DNA from: an uncultured virus (IMG/VR IMGVR_UViG_3300025853_000072)
Lineage: Duplodnaviria; Heunggongvirae; Uroviricota; Caudoviricetes; Crassvirales
DNA length: 64,000 nt
Virus record (IMG/VR): IMGVR_UViG_3300025853_000072
Strand: one strand, 5' to 3'
The notes under the pieces are model-generated. The model did no database searches. It worked only from the letters and a program-made list of their open reading frames with translations, and had not been told where the DNA came from. A program made the translations under genes and the position numbers. Shown here piece after piece: positions 1 to 8,913 of the stretch; position 1 is the first letter of the stretch, and each line of letters opens with the position of its first letter.

Positions 1-98
1 AAGGGGACACTCTCTGCACGGGAGCAGCAGGATCTTCTTGATCAAGAGGGTCGATTTAGAAAGGCGGCACGCCGTCGACGACCATACACACTTGGTCT
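1..98. repeat. Terminal direct repeat, left copy
   Basis: Identical to 63903-64000 except at position 21 (G vs T) and 28 (C vs A). Confidence 0.95.
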
Positions 99-1194
99 CC
101 CACTCGGGATGGGTGCAGGACTCGGTGCTGCAGCGCTGATGGGTGGTGACATCTTCAGCAGACTGGGTGGTGCGAAGAAAGAAGATGTTCCTCCAGGGGA
201 TCCAGTAGGTGCTGGGGACGTGTCCGAAACGTCTGAGCTGTTGAAGAGGCTTGAGGCGATGGGGGTAGATGCAGATCCACAAGAAACTACCGATGATGCA
301 AAAGAACAACCAACCTCTGAAGCAGGAGGAGTGGGGGAGACCGCTTCTGAACCTGCATCCGATGATGAACTCATCAGAGACATTGAAGAAATTGAGCAGG
401 CTGAAGAGACCATCGACGATGAGTTGGCGCGGGCGTCCTTGATGGACCCCTCTATTTTTTATAGCGGTGCCTCAAGGCTCTCTGATGGTATCGACGGTAT
501 GAGAAGTGATGCTGAGACTGGGGAGGTGTCTGGCGGAAGGCCAGTTGGAGGTGATGTTGAGTTCACGCTCGAAGATGCGCCTAGACGAGCGACCAATCCA
601 AATCAAAGAAGCTTTATGCGTGACGCTCTTGCCGATCTATCTGGGCGAAACATCGATGATCCTAGAATGGAGGCTGTCAGAAGATTGGAGGCCAGCCCTA
701 TCTACGATTACGTTGCGCCTCCTGGGGAAGGCACACCTACCTCCCAGGGTAGAGACGCACAGCAGCGGGCACAGAATCAACTCGCCTCGGCACGTATGCA
801 AGATGCGCTGGACAGAGGTAACGAGTACAATGAGCTTATGCGCCGCTTGAGAGCGGGCGCAAACACCATCGGCACCATCGAAGACATTCCGCTGTCGGAA
901 GAGGCGGACATCCCGCTGGAGTTCGGTGACGCTTACTTGCCGCTCAGAGGTATCGAGAACTTCGATATGCCAGAAGAAGCCGACATCCCGCTTGAGGATT
1001 TCCCCATGAGCACCAGAAGGGAGAGAGCTGCGATGGCTAGAGAAGCTGCAAGAGCTAGGAACAGAGCCAGAAGAGCAGGCGTTGACGGGATCCCAGTGAG
1101 ATCCACTGGCCCAAGAGTCCAGGCCATGGGAGGTAAGAACCCATCCACTGCAAAACTCATGAAGCGCATCAAGGCTAAATACGGAATGAAGTAA
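1..1194 (+). CDS. 3' part of a ~418-aa hypothetical protein spanning the junction (start at 63840); possible internal virion protein
   Basis: Frame +1 is open from base 1 and continues the ORF starting at ATG 63840; acidic; EEADIPLE repeated. Confidence 0.8.
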   Translation, partial: KGTLSAREQQDLLDQEGRFRKAARRRRPYTLGLPLGMGAGLGAAALMGGDIFSRLGGAKKEDVPPGDPVGAGDVSETSELLKRLEAMGVDADPQETTDDAKEQPTSEAGGVGETASEPASDDELIRDIEEIEQAEETIDDELARASLMDPSIFYSGASRLSDGIDGMRSDAETGEVSGGRPVGGDVEFTLEDAPRRATNPNQRSFMRDALADLSGRNIDDPRMEAVRRLEASPIYDYVAPPGEGTPTSQGRDAQQRAQNQLASARMQDALDRGNEYNELMRRLRAGANTIGTIEDIPLSEEADIPLEFGDAYLPLRGIENFDMPEEADIPLEDFPMSTRRERAAMAREAARARNRARRAGVDGIPVRSTGPRVQAMGGKNPSTAKLMKRIKAKYGMK

Positions 1195-1670
1195 TGGCTA
1201 CACTAGACGTCACAATCACAGAGTCGGTTACACTCAACGGAAAGGATCGAGGATCGGAGAACTTCCTGTCCATCACCTCCGTAAACGAAGTACTGCACCG
1301 CATCGTTACATGCCCCGCAAACGAAGACACCACGGTTGCTCTGTTTAAGAGCGCAGTAGGAGGTGTCACTGGAGGGAAGGGGGCTCTGGACCTCGGGGAT
1401 GTCAAGTACATCCGTGTGACCAACCTGGACTCCGCCAATCCGATCAACCTTTCGTTACAGGTGGAGACAGGGGAGGACGACAGCGCGGCAGACTCTTCTG
1501 CAACGATTCTCGTTGCGGCGGGTCGCAGCTACATCATGGGTACGCCAGAAGACGGGATTGCAGTGAGCGACGCCAACGCAACCATCGTAACAACACTCAA
1601 CGACCTGGAGTCGATCCTCGTCGACCCAGGATCTAACGCGATCTCAGTAGAGGTCTTTATCGCATCGTAA
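1194..1670 (+). CDS. Small beta-rich protein, probably virion structural
   Basis: 158-aa ORF, TAATG-coupled; DVKYIRVTNLD motif resembles 16611 and 17012. Confidence 0.6.
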   Translation: MATLDVTITESVTLNGKDRGSENFLSITSVNEVLHRIVTCPANEDTTVALFKSAVGGVTGGKGALDLGDVKYIRVTNLDSANPINLSLQVETGEDDSAADSSATILVAAGRSYIMGTPEDGIAVSDANATIVTTLNDLESILVDPGSNAISVEVFIAS

Positions 1671-2680
1671 TGCCAAAGATTAAAAGATACAAGAAGGGAG
1701 GTAAGTCCTTCCCAGATTTGACAGGAGACGGAAAGGTTACCTACGCCGACGTCCTGAAGGGGAGGCTCAAAAAGAACAAGAAGTCTCAGGGAGAGGGCGG
1801 TAAGGTAGAGTACGGTTTGGGCGGTGCAATCATGGCTGGAGTCAATGCCTTCAAGCAGGGTAAGGGTCTCGTCGGTGGCATCAAGGATGTGGCCAAGGCC
1901 TACGCCACTCCAGGCAGCGGAATCGCACAAGGTGCTAAATTTTTGGGAGGCATGGCACAGAACAGCAACAACCCCTTGCTTCAGAAGGTCGGAGGTGTTG
2001 CTGGCATGGCTAGCAACTTTATGCCAGGCGGTAACCCTATGGCAGCCCTTTTTGGATTGCCTGGGCTCTTGCAGGCCAAGCACGGCATGGCAGTGCCTAA
2101 GTACCGAATGAAGTACGCGGAAGACGGGATGGCCGTTCCAGAGGGAGAGGATCCACCCGTGGCCGACTTCCTCCTCAACACTGCACCCGATGCTGACGTG
2201 AGAGACTTTAGAGACATCAACGATCTCCAGCAGTCCAGAGCCGACAGACAGTCAGCCTTCGGTACCGCATCCACCGACGTATACATGCCAGTGGGTGATG
2301 TGCCCACCATGCCAGAACCCGAACCTGCAGACGAACCTGCAGCTAGACCTGGGGACCTCGCTCCTATTGCGCCTAGATCCGCACGACTTCTGAAAGTCGG
2401 TGCGGATAGAGAACTCCAGGGTGGTATGCAGGACATGCCAGGCAAGATGCAGGATGACTTTACTGGATTCATCACGGCCCCATACTTGCGTACAGGTCAG
2501 GTGCCGACAAACATCAAGGTCCGCAACCCCAAGACTCGCCAGTTCGAGGACCGTCAGATGGAACCCGAGGAGATCGCAGACTACATCTTCAAGAATCAAG
2601 TGCGCAGATCACCACGCCAGATGATGACGAGGGAGAAGGCCTACGAGAAGGCACTACAGATCATGAGATCTAGATCATAA
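1670..2680 (+). CDS. Hypothetical protein with FPDLTGDGKVTYADV (EF-hand/dockerin-like loop) and repeated xxG(G/M) motifs
   Basis: 336-aa ORF, translationally coupled, ends at a terminator. Confidence 0.7.
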   Translation: MPKIKRYKKGGKSFPDLTGDGKVTYADVLKGRLKKNKKSQGEGGKVEYGLGGAIMAGVNAFKQGKGLVGGIKDVAKAYATPGSGIAQGAKFLGGMAQNSNNPLLQKVGGVAGMASNFMPGGNPMAALFGLPGLLQAKHGMAVPKYRMKYAEDGMAVPEGEDPPVADFLLNTAPDADVRDFRDINDLQQSRADRQSAFGTASTDVYMPVGDVPTMPEPEPADEPAARPGDLAPIAPRSARLLKVGADRELQGGMQDMPGKMQDDFTGFITAPYLRTGQVPTNIKVRNPKTRQFEDRQMEPEEIADYIFKNQVRRSPRQMMTREKAYEKALQIMRSRS

Positions 2681-2710
2681 AAAAAGGGGCGCGAGCCCCT
2701 TTTTCTTTTC
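2679..2710. terminator. Bidirectional intrinsic terminator
   Basis: A7-GGGGC-GCGA-GCCCC-TTTTTCTTTT between convergent genes. Confidence 0.85.
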
Positions 2711-2722
2711 ATGTACTTTGGA

Positions 2723-2899
2723 TTACTCCTGCCCAGGGAGTGGAGACGCCATGTGGCGGAGGAAGGCGATGTCGGATTCGATCTGTGCCCCGTTGAGGGA
2801 GACCTGACCACGACGTGCTACGTGTGCTTCGGTGTCGATGAAGACAGATCCGACGGCGACGATGGCTGCAAGAGCGAGGGTGAATTGAAACTTGTTCAT
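2723..2899 (-). CDS. 58-aa peptide with N-terminal signal/TM segment (absent from ORF track)
   Basis: MNKFQFTLALAAIVAVGSVFIDTEAHVARRGQ...PGQE*; AT-rich leader; ends just before the terminator. Confidence 0.65.
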   Translation of the reverse strand: MNKFQFTLALAAIVAVGSVFIDTEAHVARRGQVSLNGAQIESDIAFLRHMASPLPGQE

Positions 2900-2925
2900 G
2901 GGTATAGGTATTAAATTAGATTTCG

Positions 2926-2933
2926 TAACTTTG
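2926..2933 (+). promoter_or_regulatory. Bacteroidota -7 promoter element (TAACTTTG) upstream of endolysin
   Basis: TAnnTTTG match in intergenic DNA. Confidence 0.55.
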
Positions 2934-3084
2934 GCTGATCGCTGATCTCAGTATATGGAAAACTTTCAATACCGTCCAAATTTTGGAGCGTGAAAATTCG
3001 TTAAGAGGATGAAGAAGTTTTACTTCAACTCGAAAAGAAAGAACCAAAACACTGCAGTCGCGAACGAAAAAAGACGACTAAACA

Positions 3085-3564
3085 ATGAATCTGTCAAAAA
3101 ATTTATCTCTAAGGGAAGTCACCAAAAGCCGAACGGCGGTGCGCCTGGGAATTGACAACACACCAGATGACTGGACCATCGAAAATCTACGAGCCGTTGC
3201 AGAGGATATTTTTCAACCTCTGCGCAACGCTTTCGGAACTGCTATATATGTGTCGAGCGGCTATCGTTCGGAGGAGCTCAATGTTGCGATCGGTGGGTCG
3301 AAGCGCAGTCAGCATGTACAGGGCAGAGCTCTTGATCTCGACGCAGACGTATTCGGAGGTTGTACAAACGGTGAGATCTTCCAATACATTCTCAACAACC
3401 TTACGTTTGATCAACTCATTTGGGAGTTTGGTGATCAAGACAATCCTGATTGGGTCCACGTTAGCTATGTGCGCGATGGTCTTAATCGTGGAAGGTGTCT
3501 CAAGGCTTGCCGAGACGATGACGGAAAAGTTTACTACGAACCTATCTTTGGCAAAGGCCTCTAA
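3085..3564 (+). CDS. Endolysin, peptidase M15 family (Zn D-Ala-D-Ala peptidase fold)
   Basis: SSGYRS, SQH-x6-D and WVHVS motifs. Confidence 0.9.
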   Translation: MNLSKNLSLREVTKSRTAVRLGIDNTPDDWTIENLRAVAEDIFQPLRNAFGTAIYVSSGYRSEELNVAIGGSKRSQHVQGRALDLDADVFGGCTNGEIFQYILNNLTFDQLIWEFGDQDNPDWVHVSYVRDGLNRGRCLKACRDDDGKVYYEPIFGKGL

Positions 3565-3582
3565 GAAAGAAAACAACAACAA

Positions 3583-5967
3583 ATGAGCTTATACGACGAC
3601 GCAGCGTTTATCTGTTTGCCTACGGGTGGGGCTGTAAAGAACGAAACGGTTTACAACCTCAAACCTGAAGAACTCCTTCACAGTGAGGAGCTTGTAATCA
3701 ACGGTGACTTCACGATAGGTGGTGATGGCACTGATGGAGCCTTGCAGAACGGCACCTACGGCGACTGGGGCTGGAACATTGACAGTGCCCAACAGGGTGC
3801 TGGTGCTACTTCCAAGATTGCAAACGGTGTTCTCACCTTAACAACTGGAGCCAACGCCGCAGCAAGAGCGTATGCTACGAATCCAGACGGATCATCCAAC
3901 AGAAATCTCTTTCCAGAGGCTAGTGGGTATTTCAAGCTGACTTACACTGTCACTTCAACTACCTCCGATGGTGACGACATCCTTAGAGTGTACTTTGACG
4001 GAAGCCACGACCCCGTTCCAGACACCCTTGGGACTCACTCTATAGAAATGTACAGAGGAGATTCAGTGTCAAACACGCTGTTTCTCTTTTCCTTGATTGA
4101 AGCAAACCACAGCATCTCTATCGACAACGTCTCTATCAAGAGAATTAAGCAGAGAGCAAAGGACTTCACCACCTTCTCAAGAGGTAGCGATATGACAGCT
4201 ACTCGCGTCGGTGCAGACGGCATGATCCAGAAGGGTAGGAAGAACCTCATGTTCAACACGGTGTTTGCTGGTGCTGGCACTGACACAAAAGCTACTGGTC
4301 ACGGAAACTCTGTTGTCCAGGGTGGCACAAGTTTCGCTCCTCACAGTAGCCTTAGTGATCGTATTGTATTTGAAGTCACAGACGCAAGTGGAGGAAGTGA
4401 CCGAGCTTTCATGGTCTCAAACTCGTTCTCTTCGGAAGGCATCTACACTTCATCCGTGTATGTGAATGCAGTCACGGGTACGGCACCTCGAGTAAACCAG
4501 ATTCTGGGGGCCAATGCTGGCACTAAGACCAACATCGCGTATTTTGAAAACGGAATACCTATCTCTGCTACAGACACAATCTCTGCCAACAAGCGATATG
4601 CTGTGTCTGTAATTATGACTGGTACTCTTACGATGAGATTCGGCCTAGGAACAAGCTCTGACATCGAGGCCACCGCCACAGTCACCCTGTCAAAGCCTCA
4701 GGTGGAAAGAGGCCAGGTGCCTACTTCCTACATCGAGAACAAGTCTACGAGTGCAGAGAGTGCTGTTGTGGGGATGAGCGACGACGAGCCTCGCATCTGC
4801 TACGAGGGGGCTATCGGTGGATGCCCATCTCTTTTGCTGGAGCCCAAGAGGGTAAACGTCGTGGATCACACTGAATACTTTGCGGATTCGACAAAAGGTG
4901 GAGATTTTACACTTACAAACGCCACAATAGAAAGCTGCCCCGCTCAGAAGAATGATTGGTTTGGATCTGGTAGCGACCTGAACACTCGGTCACCTGAAGG
5001 GCTGTACAACGCCACGCTTATGACAGAGACTGCGGCGACTGGCAAACACAGAATACAAGCGCCACAAGGGTTTGACAATACCGAGTACTACACGTTGTCT
5101 ATTTACGCAAAAAAAGCGGGTAGAGACAAGTTTAGGGTTGAGGCAGGAAACTTCACAAGGTTGCCCCTTAAAGTAGAGTTTGATCTAACCGCAGTGACGG
5201 CTACAAATTATACAGTTGGATCAGACACTGGAACAGGGAATCCTTACATCTACGACGTAGGTAACGGATGGTACAGGTGCTGCATCGAGGGTGTTCAGTG
5301 CGGCGATACAGGCGACACTGGACCTAACATAAAACTCGTTAACGGCAGCAGCGAGGATTACGCTGGAGACACAGGCAAGGGTATGCTGTTCTACGGCTAT
5401 CAAATCGAGCGTGCAACTACCTCGTCGCCAGACGGTGATGGAAGATGTGTGACGTCCTACATCCCTAACTACGGCGCTGGAAGCTTGACCAGGAACCATG
5501 ACGAAGCAGCGCCTAATAATGGCAACCTCGATCTTGCAGACTACATGGTTGGTGAGAATGTCACTTGGTTTGTCGAGCTTGCAGAAAACAGAGACATACC
5601 TAGAGATTACGGAGGCAGCACCATCACGATTAGCGCCGCTAGCAACCTCGGTAGCTTAAGAATCTACAGATCAGCCACCAACCAGCAGAGACTTACCACA
5701 GTGTTCCAAGACAAAGATGGGTTGTTTGTCCCCTCAGGCATTGAGCATACAGGCACCGCACCAAAGTTTTGCATCACAAGAGATTGGGGAAGCGGCAGGA
5801 TCAAGGTCTTCCACGACGGCGTTGAAGTAAAGGATGACGTGAACACGAATATGGAAAGATGGAATAGGATCCTCCTGGACGGCGAGTCAACTCCCATCAG
5901 AGTCAAGCAAATCGCCGCCTGGGACAGAGTGCTCACCGATCAAGAGTGTATCGACCTGACATCGTAA
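3583..5967 (+). CDS. Fibre/spike protein with carbohydrate-binding-like and head-spike-like modules
   Basis: 794 aa; FSRGS..ATRV, LLLEPKRVN, GWYRC and TSYIP motifs; INGDF CBM-like start. Confidence 0.7.
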   Translation: MSLYDDAAFICLPTGGAVKNETVYNLKPEELLHSEELVINGDFTIGGDGTDGALQNGTYGDWGWNIDSAQQGAGATSKIANGVLTLTTGANAAARAYATNPDGSSNRNLFPEASGYFKLTYTVTSTTSDGDDILRVYFDGSHDPVPDTLGTHSIEMYRGDSVSNTLFLFSLIEANHSISIDNVSIKRIKQRAKDFTTFSRGSDMTATRVGADGMIQKGRKNLMFNTVFAGAGTDTKATGHGNSVVQGGTSFAPHSSLSDRIVFEVTDASGGSDRAFMVSNSFSSEGIYTSSVYVNAVTGTAPRVNQILGANAGTKTNIAYFENGIPISATDTISANKRYAVSVIMTGTLTMRFGLGTSSDIEATATVTLSKPQVERGQVPTSYIENKSTSAESAVVGMSDDEPRICYEGAIGGCPSLLLEPKRVNVVDHTEYFADSTKGGDFTLTNATIESCPAQKNDWFGSGSDLNTRSPEGLYNATLMTETAATGKHRIQAPQGFDNTEYYTLSIYAKKAGRDKFRVEAGNFTRLPLKVEFDLTAVTATNYTVGSDTGTGNPYIYDVGNGWYRCCIEGVQCGDTGDTGPNIKLVNGSSEDYAGDTGKGMLFYGYQIERATTSSPDGDGRCVTSYIPNYGAGSLTRNHDEAAPNNGNLDLADYMVGENVTWFVELAENRDIPRDYGGSTITISAASNLGSLRIYRSATNQQRLTTVFQDKDGLFVPSGIEHTGTAPKFCITRDWGSGRIKVFHDGVEVKDDVNTNMERWNRILLDGESTPIRVKQIAAWDRVLTDQECIDLTS

Positions 5968-5971
5968 GACA

Positions 5972-6334
5972 ATGAGAAAATTTAGAAAGTACGAGTTCGG
6001 CAGCAAGTCTGCCGCCACAACGAAGATCAAGGCCCTGGGGGTGGATGAAGAAGGGCACCCTTCTCACCCCCACAGCATCGTAGTCCTTGGCAACATCGTA
6101 ACCAAAAAAGGGGTGTATGATGCAGACGACAATGAAGTCACTGCACCTGTATTCTCTTCTAGCTGGCACGTCGATGTTCTCTGGAATGGAGATCCAGATC
6201 CAAGCTGGGACAACCAGATGATCTGGTGTGTCTACCCTGGCGTCCACTCCTTCGGCAACTCCGCAGCAGAAGAGGAGTTCATCAAGGAGTGCAAAGTGCA
6301 GCAGCCTGATCTCTACGCTTCAGAAGAAGAGTAA
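5972..6334 (+). CDS. Hypothetical fibre-associated protein
   Basis: 120-aa ORF following the fibre gene; WHVDVLW and GVHSFG. Confidence 0.6.
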   Translation: MRKFRKYEFGSKSAATTKIKALGVDEEGHPSHPHSIVVLGNIVTKKGVYDADDNEVTAPVFSSSWHVDVLWNGDPDPSWDNQMIWCVYPGVHSFGNSAAEEEFIKECKVQQPDLYASEEE

Positions 6335-6711
6335 TGCTAGGACTAGGTACATCTATTCTATCTAGCTCCTCTGCGTTCTCTATCGAGGCCTTGGCGCTCT
6401 CGAACTTCAAGCTGAGGGTAGAGAGAGACGGGGGTAGCACAGATAATCCTAGCTGCCTTACAAGCGCGTTTGACAACCTGGACGACGACTTCCTTGACAG
6501 AAACATTGTCAGGGACTTTGGTTTGAGGGTAGTTAGGGACGGTGGTTCTTTCGAAGCCAACAACTGTGCCCTCACAGAGGTTTCTACTTTGAGTGCGAAT
6601 CACTCAAGAGATGTTCAGATAATTGTTGACTTCCAGTCCAGGGTCAGCAGAGATGGTGGTTCATTCGAGAGCCCCAACTGCGCAAGGATTGAAGTGGACT
6701 CTCTGCTCTGA
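6334..6711 (+). CDS. MLGLG-start protein with three F..RV.RDGGS.(D/E)...C repeats
   Basis: Three internal repeats visible in the translation. Confidence 0.7.
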   Translation: MLGLGTSILSSSSAFSIEALALSNFKLRVERDGGSTDNPSCLTSAFDNLDDDFLDRNIVRDFGLRVVRDGGSFEANNCALTEVSTLSANHSRDVQIIVDFQSRVSRDGGSFESPNCARIEVDSLL

Positions 6712-7134
6712 TCAACCCTCTAGCTCTCTGTAGAACTTCTGTACGAGTAGCCTAGCCCTCTGTGTGAGGGCGTAGCGTACTCGGTAGTTGTACTTGGTCT
6801 CGTCTCTGAAGAGGTGATCCTCGTACGTGTCGGATGGGGTGAGCTTGTCGAAGTGCTTGTACAGATACTTCTTCCTCTGCAGCGGATAGATGACCCTGTT
6901 CGATAGATTCGTCTTGTTGGCACCCAGGTCCTGGGCGGCATAATCTATCGTGAAGAACTGAAGGTCGTACCCCCAGAGCAAGAACTCCAGGTCGGAGAAT
7001 GAGATTTCCCATTCCGACTGTACCCTCTGTCTCACCTGTTTGAGTCTCTTGAGATTGTTCCTACGCAGATACTTCTTATCTTGCTTAGCAAAGTCGCGGA
7101 ACATCTTCTTGGATGATACTTTACTCCTCGGCAT
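6712..7134 (-). CDS. Winged-helix (MarR-like) DNA-binding protein
   Basis: SDLEFLL...AAQDLG helix pattern and wing motif RYALTQRAR; antisense to its neighbours. Confidence 0.6.
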   Translation of the reverse strand: MPRSKVSSKKMFRDFAKQDKKYLRRNNLKRLKQVRQRVQSEWEISFSDLEFLLWGYDLQFFTIDYAAQDLGANKTNLSNRVIYPLQRKKYLYKHFDKLTPSDTYEDHLFRDETKYNYRVRYALTQRARLLVQKFYRELEG

Positions 7135-7149
7135 AATAAACTACAAGAT

Positions 7150-7440
7150 ATGAAGCAAGACGACTTCCTCATGGAGATTCAGCAAAAACTTATGGAGATC
7201 GACGAGATCATCGACAAGTACGAAATGAGAGATCAGTTAATGTCTATCTTTGTAGTCGGTGTTCTAGAACCATACACTGACACTAAGTCTACGATGAAGA
7301 CAATGTATGGGTATTCTCTGGATTCCGAAGAAGAACTAGACACTATAATCGATTTTATTAAAGAGACCTGGAAAGAGCAGAAGGACATCGGGGGAGACCT
7401 CGACGATCTACTCAACGGTCTCGGTATTTCATTAAACTAA
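7150..7440 (+). CDS. Hypothetical acidic protein
   Basis: 96-aa ORF coupled to the next gene. Confidence 0.65.
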   Translation: MKQDDFLMEIQQKLMEIDEIIDKYEMRDQLMSIFVVGVLEPYTDTKSTMKTMYGYSLDSEEELDTIIDFIKETWKEQKDIGGDLDDLLNGLGISLN

Positions 7441-7676
7441 TGGACGGACTTATTAGAAAGATTGTCATCGGCAGAGATCCAAAGGATGCCATGGCGTACT
7501 ACGTCGGGATGAAGGCAGGCACGGGCAATGTGTCGGCAATCGTGTTGGACGACGAGCACCTATTCAGGTACAGTAAAAAAAGATACCTCGTATATTTACA
7601 GACAGATGACGGGCAGGTTCTATGGAAATCTGTAGACGACATGCCCTGCATCATTGAATACGACTGTAACTTTTAA
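7440..7676 (+). CDS. Conserved hypothetical protein (LIRKIxIGRD..DAM.Y.VG) preceding GroES-like gene
   Basis: 78-aa ORF; motif recalled from Bacteroidota phages. Confidence 0.7.
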   Translation: MDGLIRKIVIGRDPKDAMAYYVGMKAGTGNVSAIVLDDEHLFRYSKKRYLVYLQTDDGQVLWKSVDDMPCIIEYDCNF

Positions 7677-7679
7677 TTC

Positions 7680-8267
7680 ATGCGCACCTACAACTATTTT
7701 GTTGTTGAGCTAGAGAAGCTCATCAACGACACCCTCGTGACCGACAGCGGCCTAGAGCTTTACATCGATCATAAATACAACGAGAACGGGGAATTCGAGA
7801 ACCGAGTCACTGAAGGCCCTGTCGTCTGTTCACCATTTAAGATTGATACGGGAGTACGCCCAGGAGACACTCTTTACTTTCATCACCTCGTTGTCATGCA
7901 GGGCGGTCAGGTTCTTACGGGGGACGACAAGCACTACATCGTAAAGTGCAGCGAGGAGGCGCTGAGCAATCAGGCCATTGCATATAAGGACCAAGACACG
8001 GATGAGATCAAACCGCTTTTCGGCTGGTCGTTGCTCGAACCTGTAGAAGAGGAGGAGTTCCCGAACGATCTGATCGAGATGGTGCAGTTGACGGAGAAGC
8101 TCCCCACCAAGGGCAGGGTTGCGTTCGAGTCCGAGGAACTGAATGACATCGGAGTAGAGGTAGGCGATGTCGTGGGTTTTAAGGAGAACAGAGATTACCG
8201 AATCAAGATCGACGGCAAGGAATACTACCGCACCAGGGTAGAGGATCTTTTATACGTAGAGGCATGA
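7680..8267 (+). CDS. groES: GroES-like co-chaperonin (two tandem GroES-like domains)
   Basis: TDSGLEL mobile-loop-like segment, VRPGDTLYF, IKPLFGW, VEVGDVVGF..IDGKEYY...EDLL. Confidence 0.75.
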   Translation: MRTYNYFVVELEKLINDTLVTDSGLELYIDHKYNENGEFENRVTEGPVVCSPFKIDTGVRPGDTLYFHHLVVMQGGQVLTGDDKHYIVKCSEEALSNQAIAYKDQDTDEIKPLFGWSLLEPVEEEEFPNDLIEMVQLTEKLPTKGRVAFESEELNDIGVEVGDVVGFKENRDYRIKIDGKEYYRTRVEDLLYVEA

Positions 8268-8533
8268 TTGACAGAGAGCACCTTATGGAGATCCTGGAGG
8301 AGGAGGAATGCCTCACCGCCGATGGATTCGACGAGGCCCTGGTAGGCTGCACCTACGGGGCCAACGTCGTAGCCGTGTACGACATCAACAAGATGATCGA
8401 AATACTTATCGCAGAAGGGATGGAGTATGACGACGCGGTGGAGTTCATTGAGTACAACATTGTCGGAGCCTACATGGGCGAGAAGACACCTCAATACGTA
8501 AACTTTGTCACGCAAGAAATTCACAACGATTGA
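8264..8533 (+). CDS. Conserved phage hypothetical protein (ADGFDEALVG...AYMGEKTP)
   Basis: 89-aa ORF with a common phage motif. Confidence 0.75.
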   Translation: MIDREHLMEILEEEECLTADGFDEALVGCTYGANVVAVYDINKMIEILIAEGMEYDDAVEFIEYNIVGAYMGEKTPQYVNFVTQEIHND

Positions 8534-8795
8534 AGCTGCACAGAGGCTGATGTCGAGCATGGAGGTTGCCATCAACAACATGATCGATGAAGTCAGGAAG
8601 CCTGTAGACCCAGAGGCTGGAGGCGCGGCTCGAAAAGCCGAGCTCCAGTCTATCAAGCAGACAGCCACGGATTGCAAGGAGTTGCTGGTCGAGCGCCAGC
8701 GTCTAGAACAAATGATTAAAGACCTAAAAGACCATGGAGGAATCGAAGAAGCCAAAGACTACTCAGGGGGATTCGCAGAAAAATTCTCAAAATAA
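8505..8795 (+). CDS. Putative terminase small subunit
   Basis: Helical 96-aa ORF (TTG start) shortly upstream of TerL; ends GGFAEKFSK. Confidence 0.5.
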   Translation: MSRKKFTTIEAAQRLMSSMEVAINNMIDEVRKPVDPEAGGAARKAELQSIKQTATDCKELLVERQRLEQMIKDLKDHGGIEEAKDYSGGFAEKFSK

Positions 8796-8907
8796 ATTCC
8801 CTTGGTGGCAGGATGAGGTGTACCTTGACAGGAGGATGAACATCATCGGCCAGAACGGAAACGACGGACATCATTACTTCTGGGAGGATTCCTGGAACGA
8901 AGAGTAA
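8734..8907 (+). CDS. 57-aa hypothetical protein (RMNIIGQNGNDGHHY)
   Basis: Open frame from ATG 8734 to TAA 8907 fills the gap before the tRNA; alternative ATG at 8836. Confidence 0.5.
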   Translation: MEESKKPKTTQGDSQKNSQNKFPWWQDEVYLDRRMNIIGQNGNDGHHYFWEDSWNEE

Positions 8908-8913
8908 TAGAAT

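Noticed and set aside
2711..2914. 67-aa plus-strand ORF
   Set aside because: Starts immediately after a terminator and is the shadow of the more plausible minus-strand 58-aa gene
3009..3155. 48-aa basic ORF overlapping the endolysin start
   Set aside because: Possible, but no motif or other support
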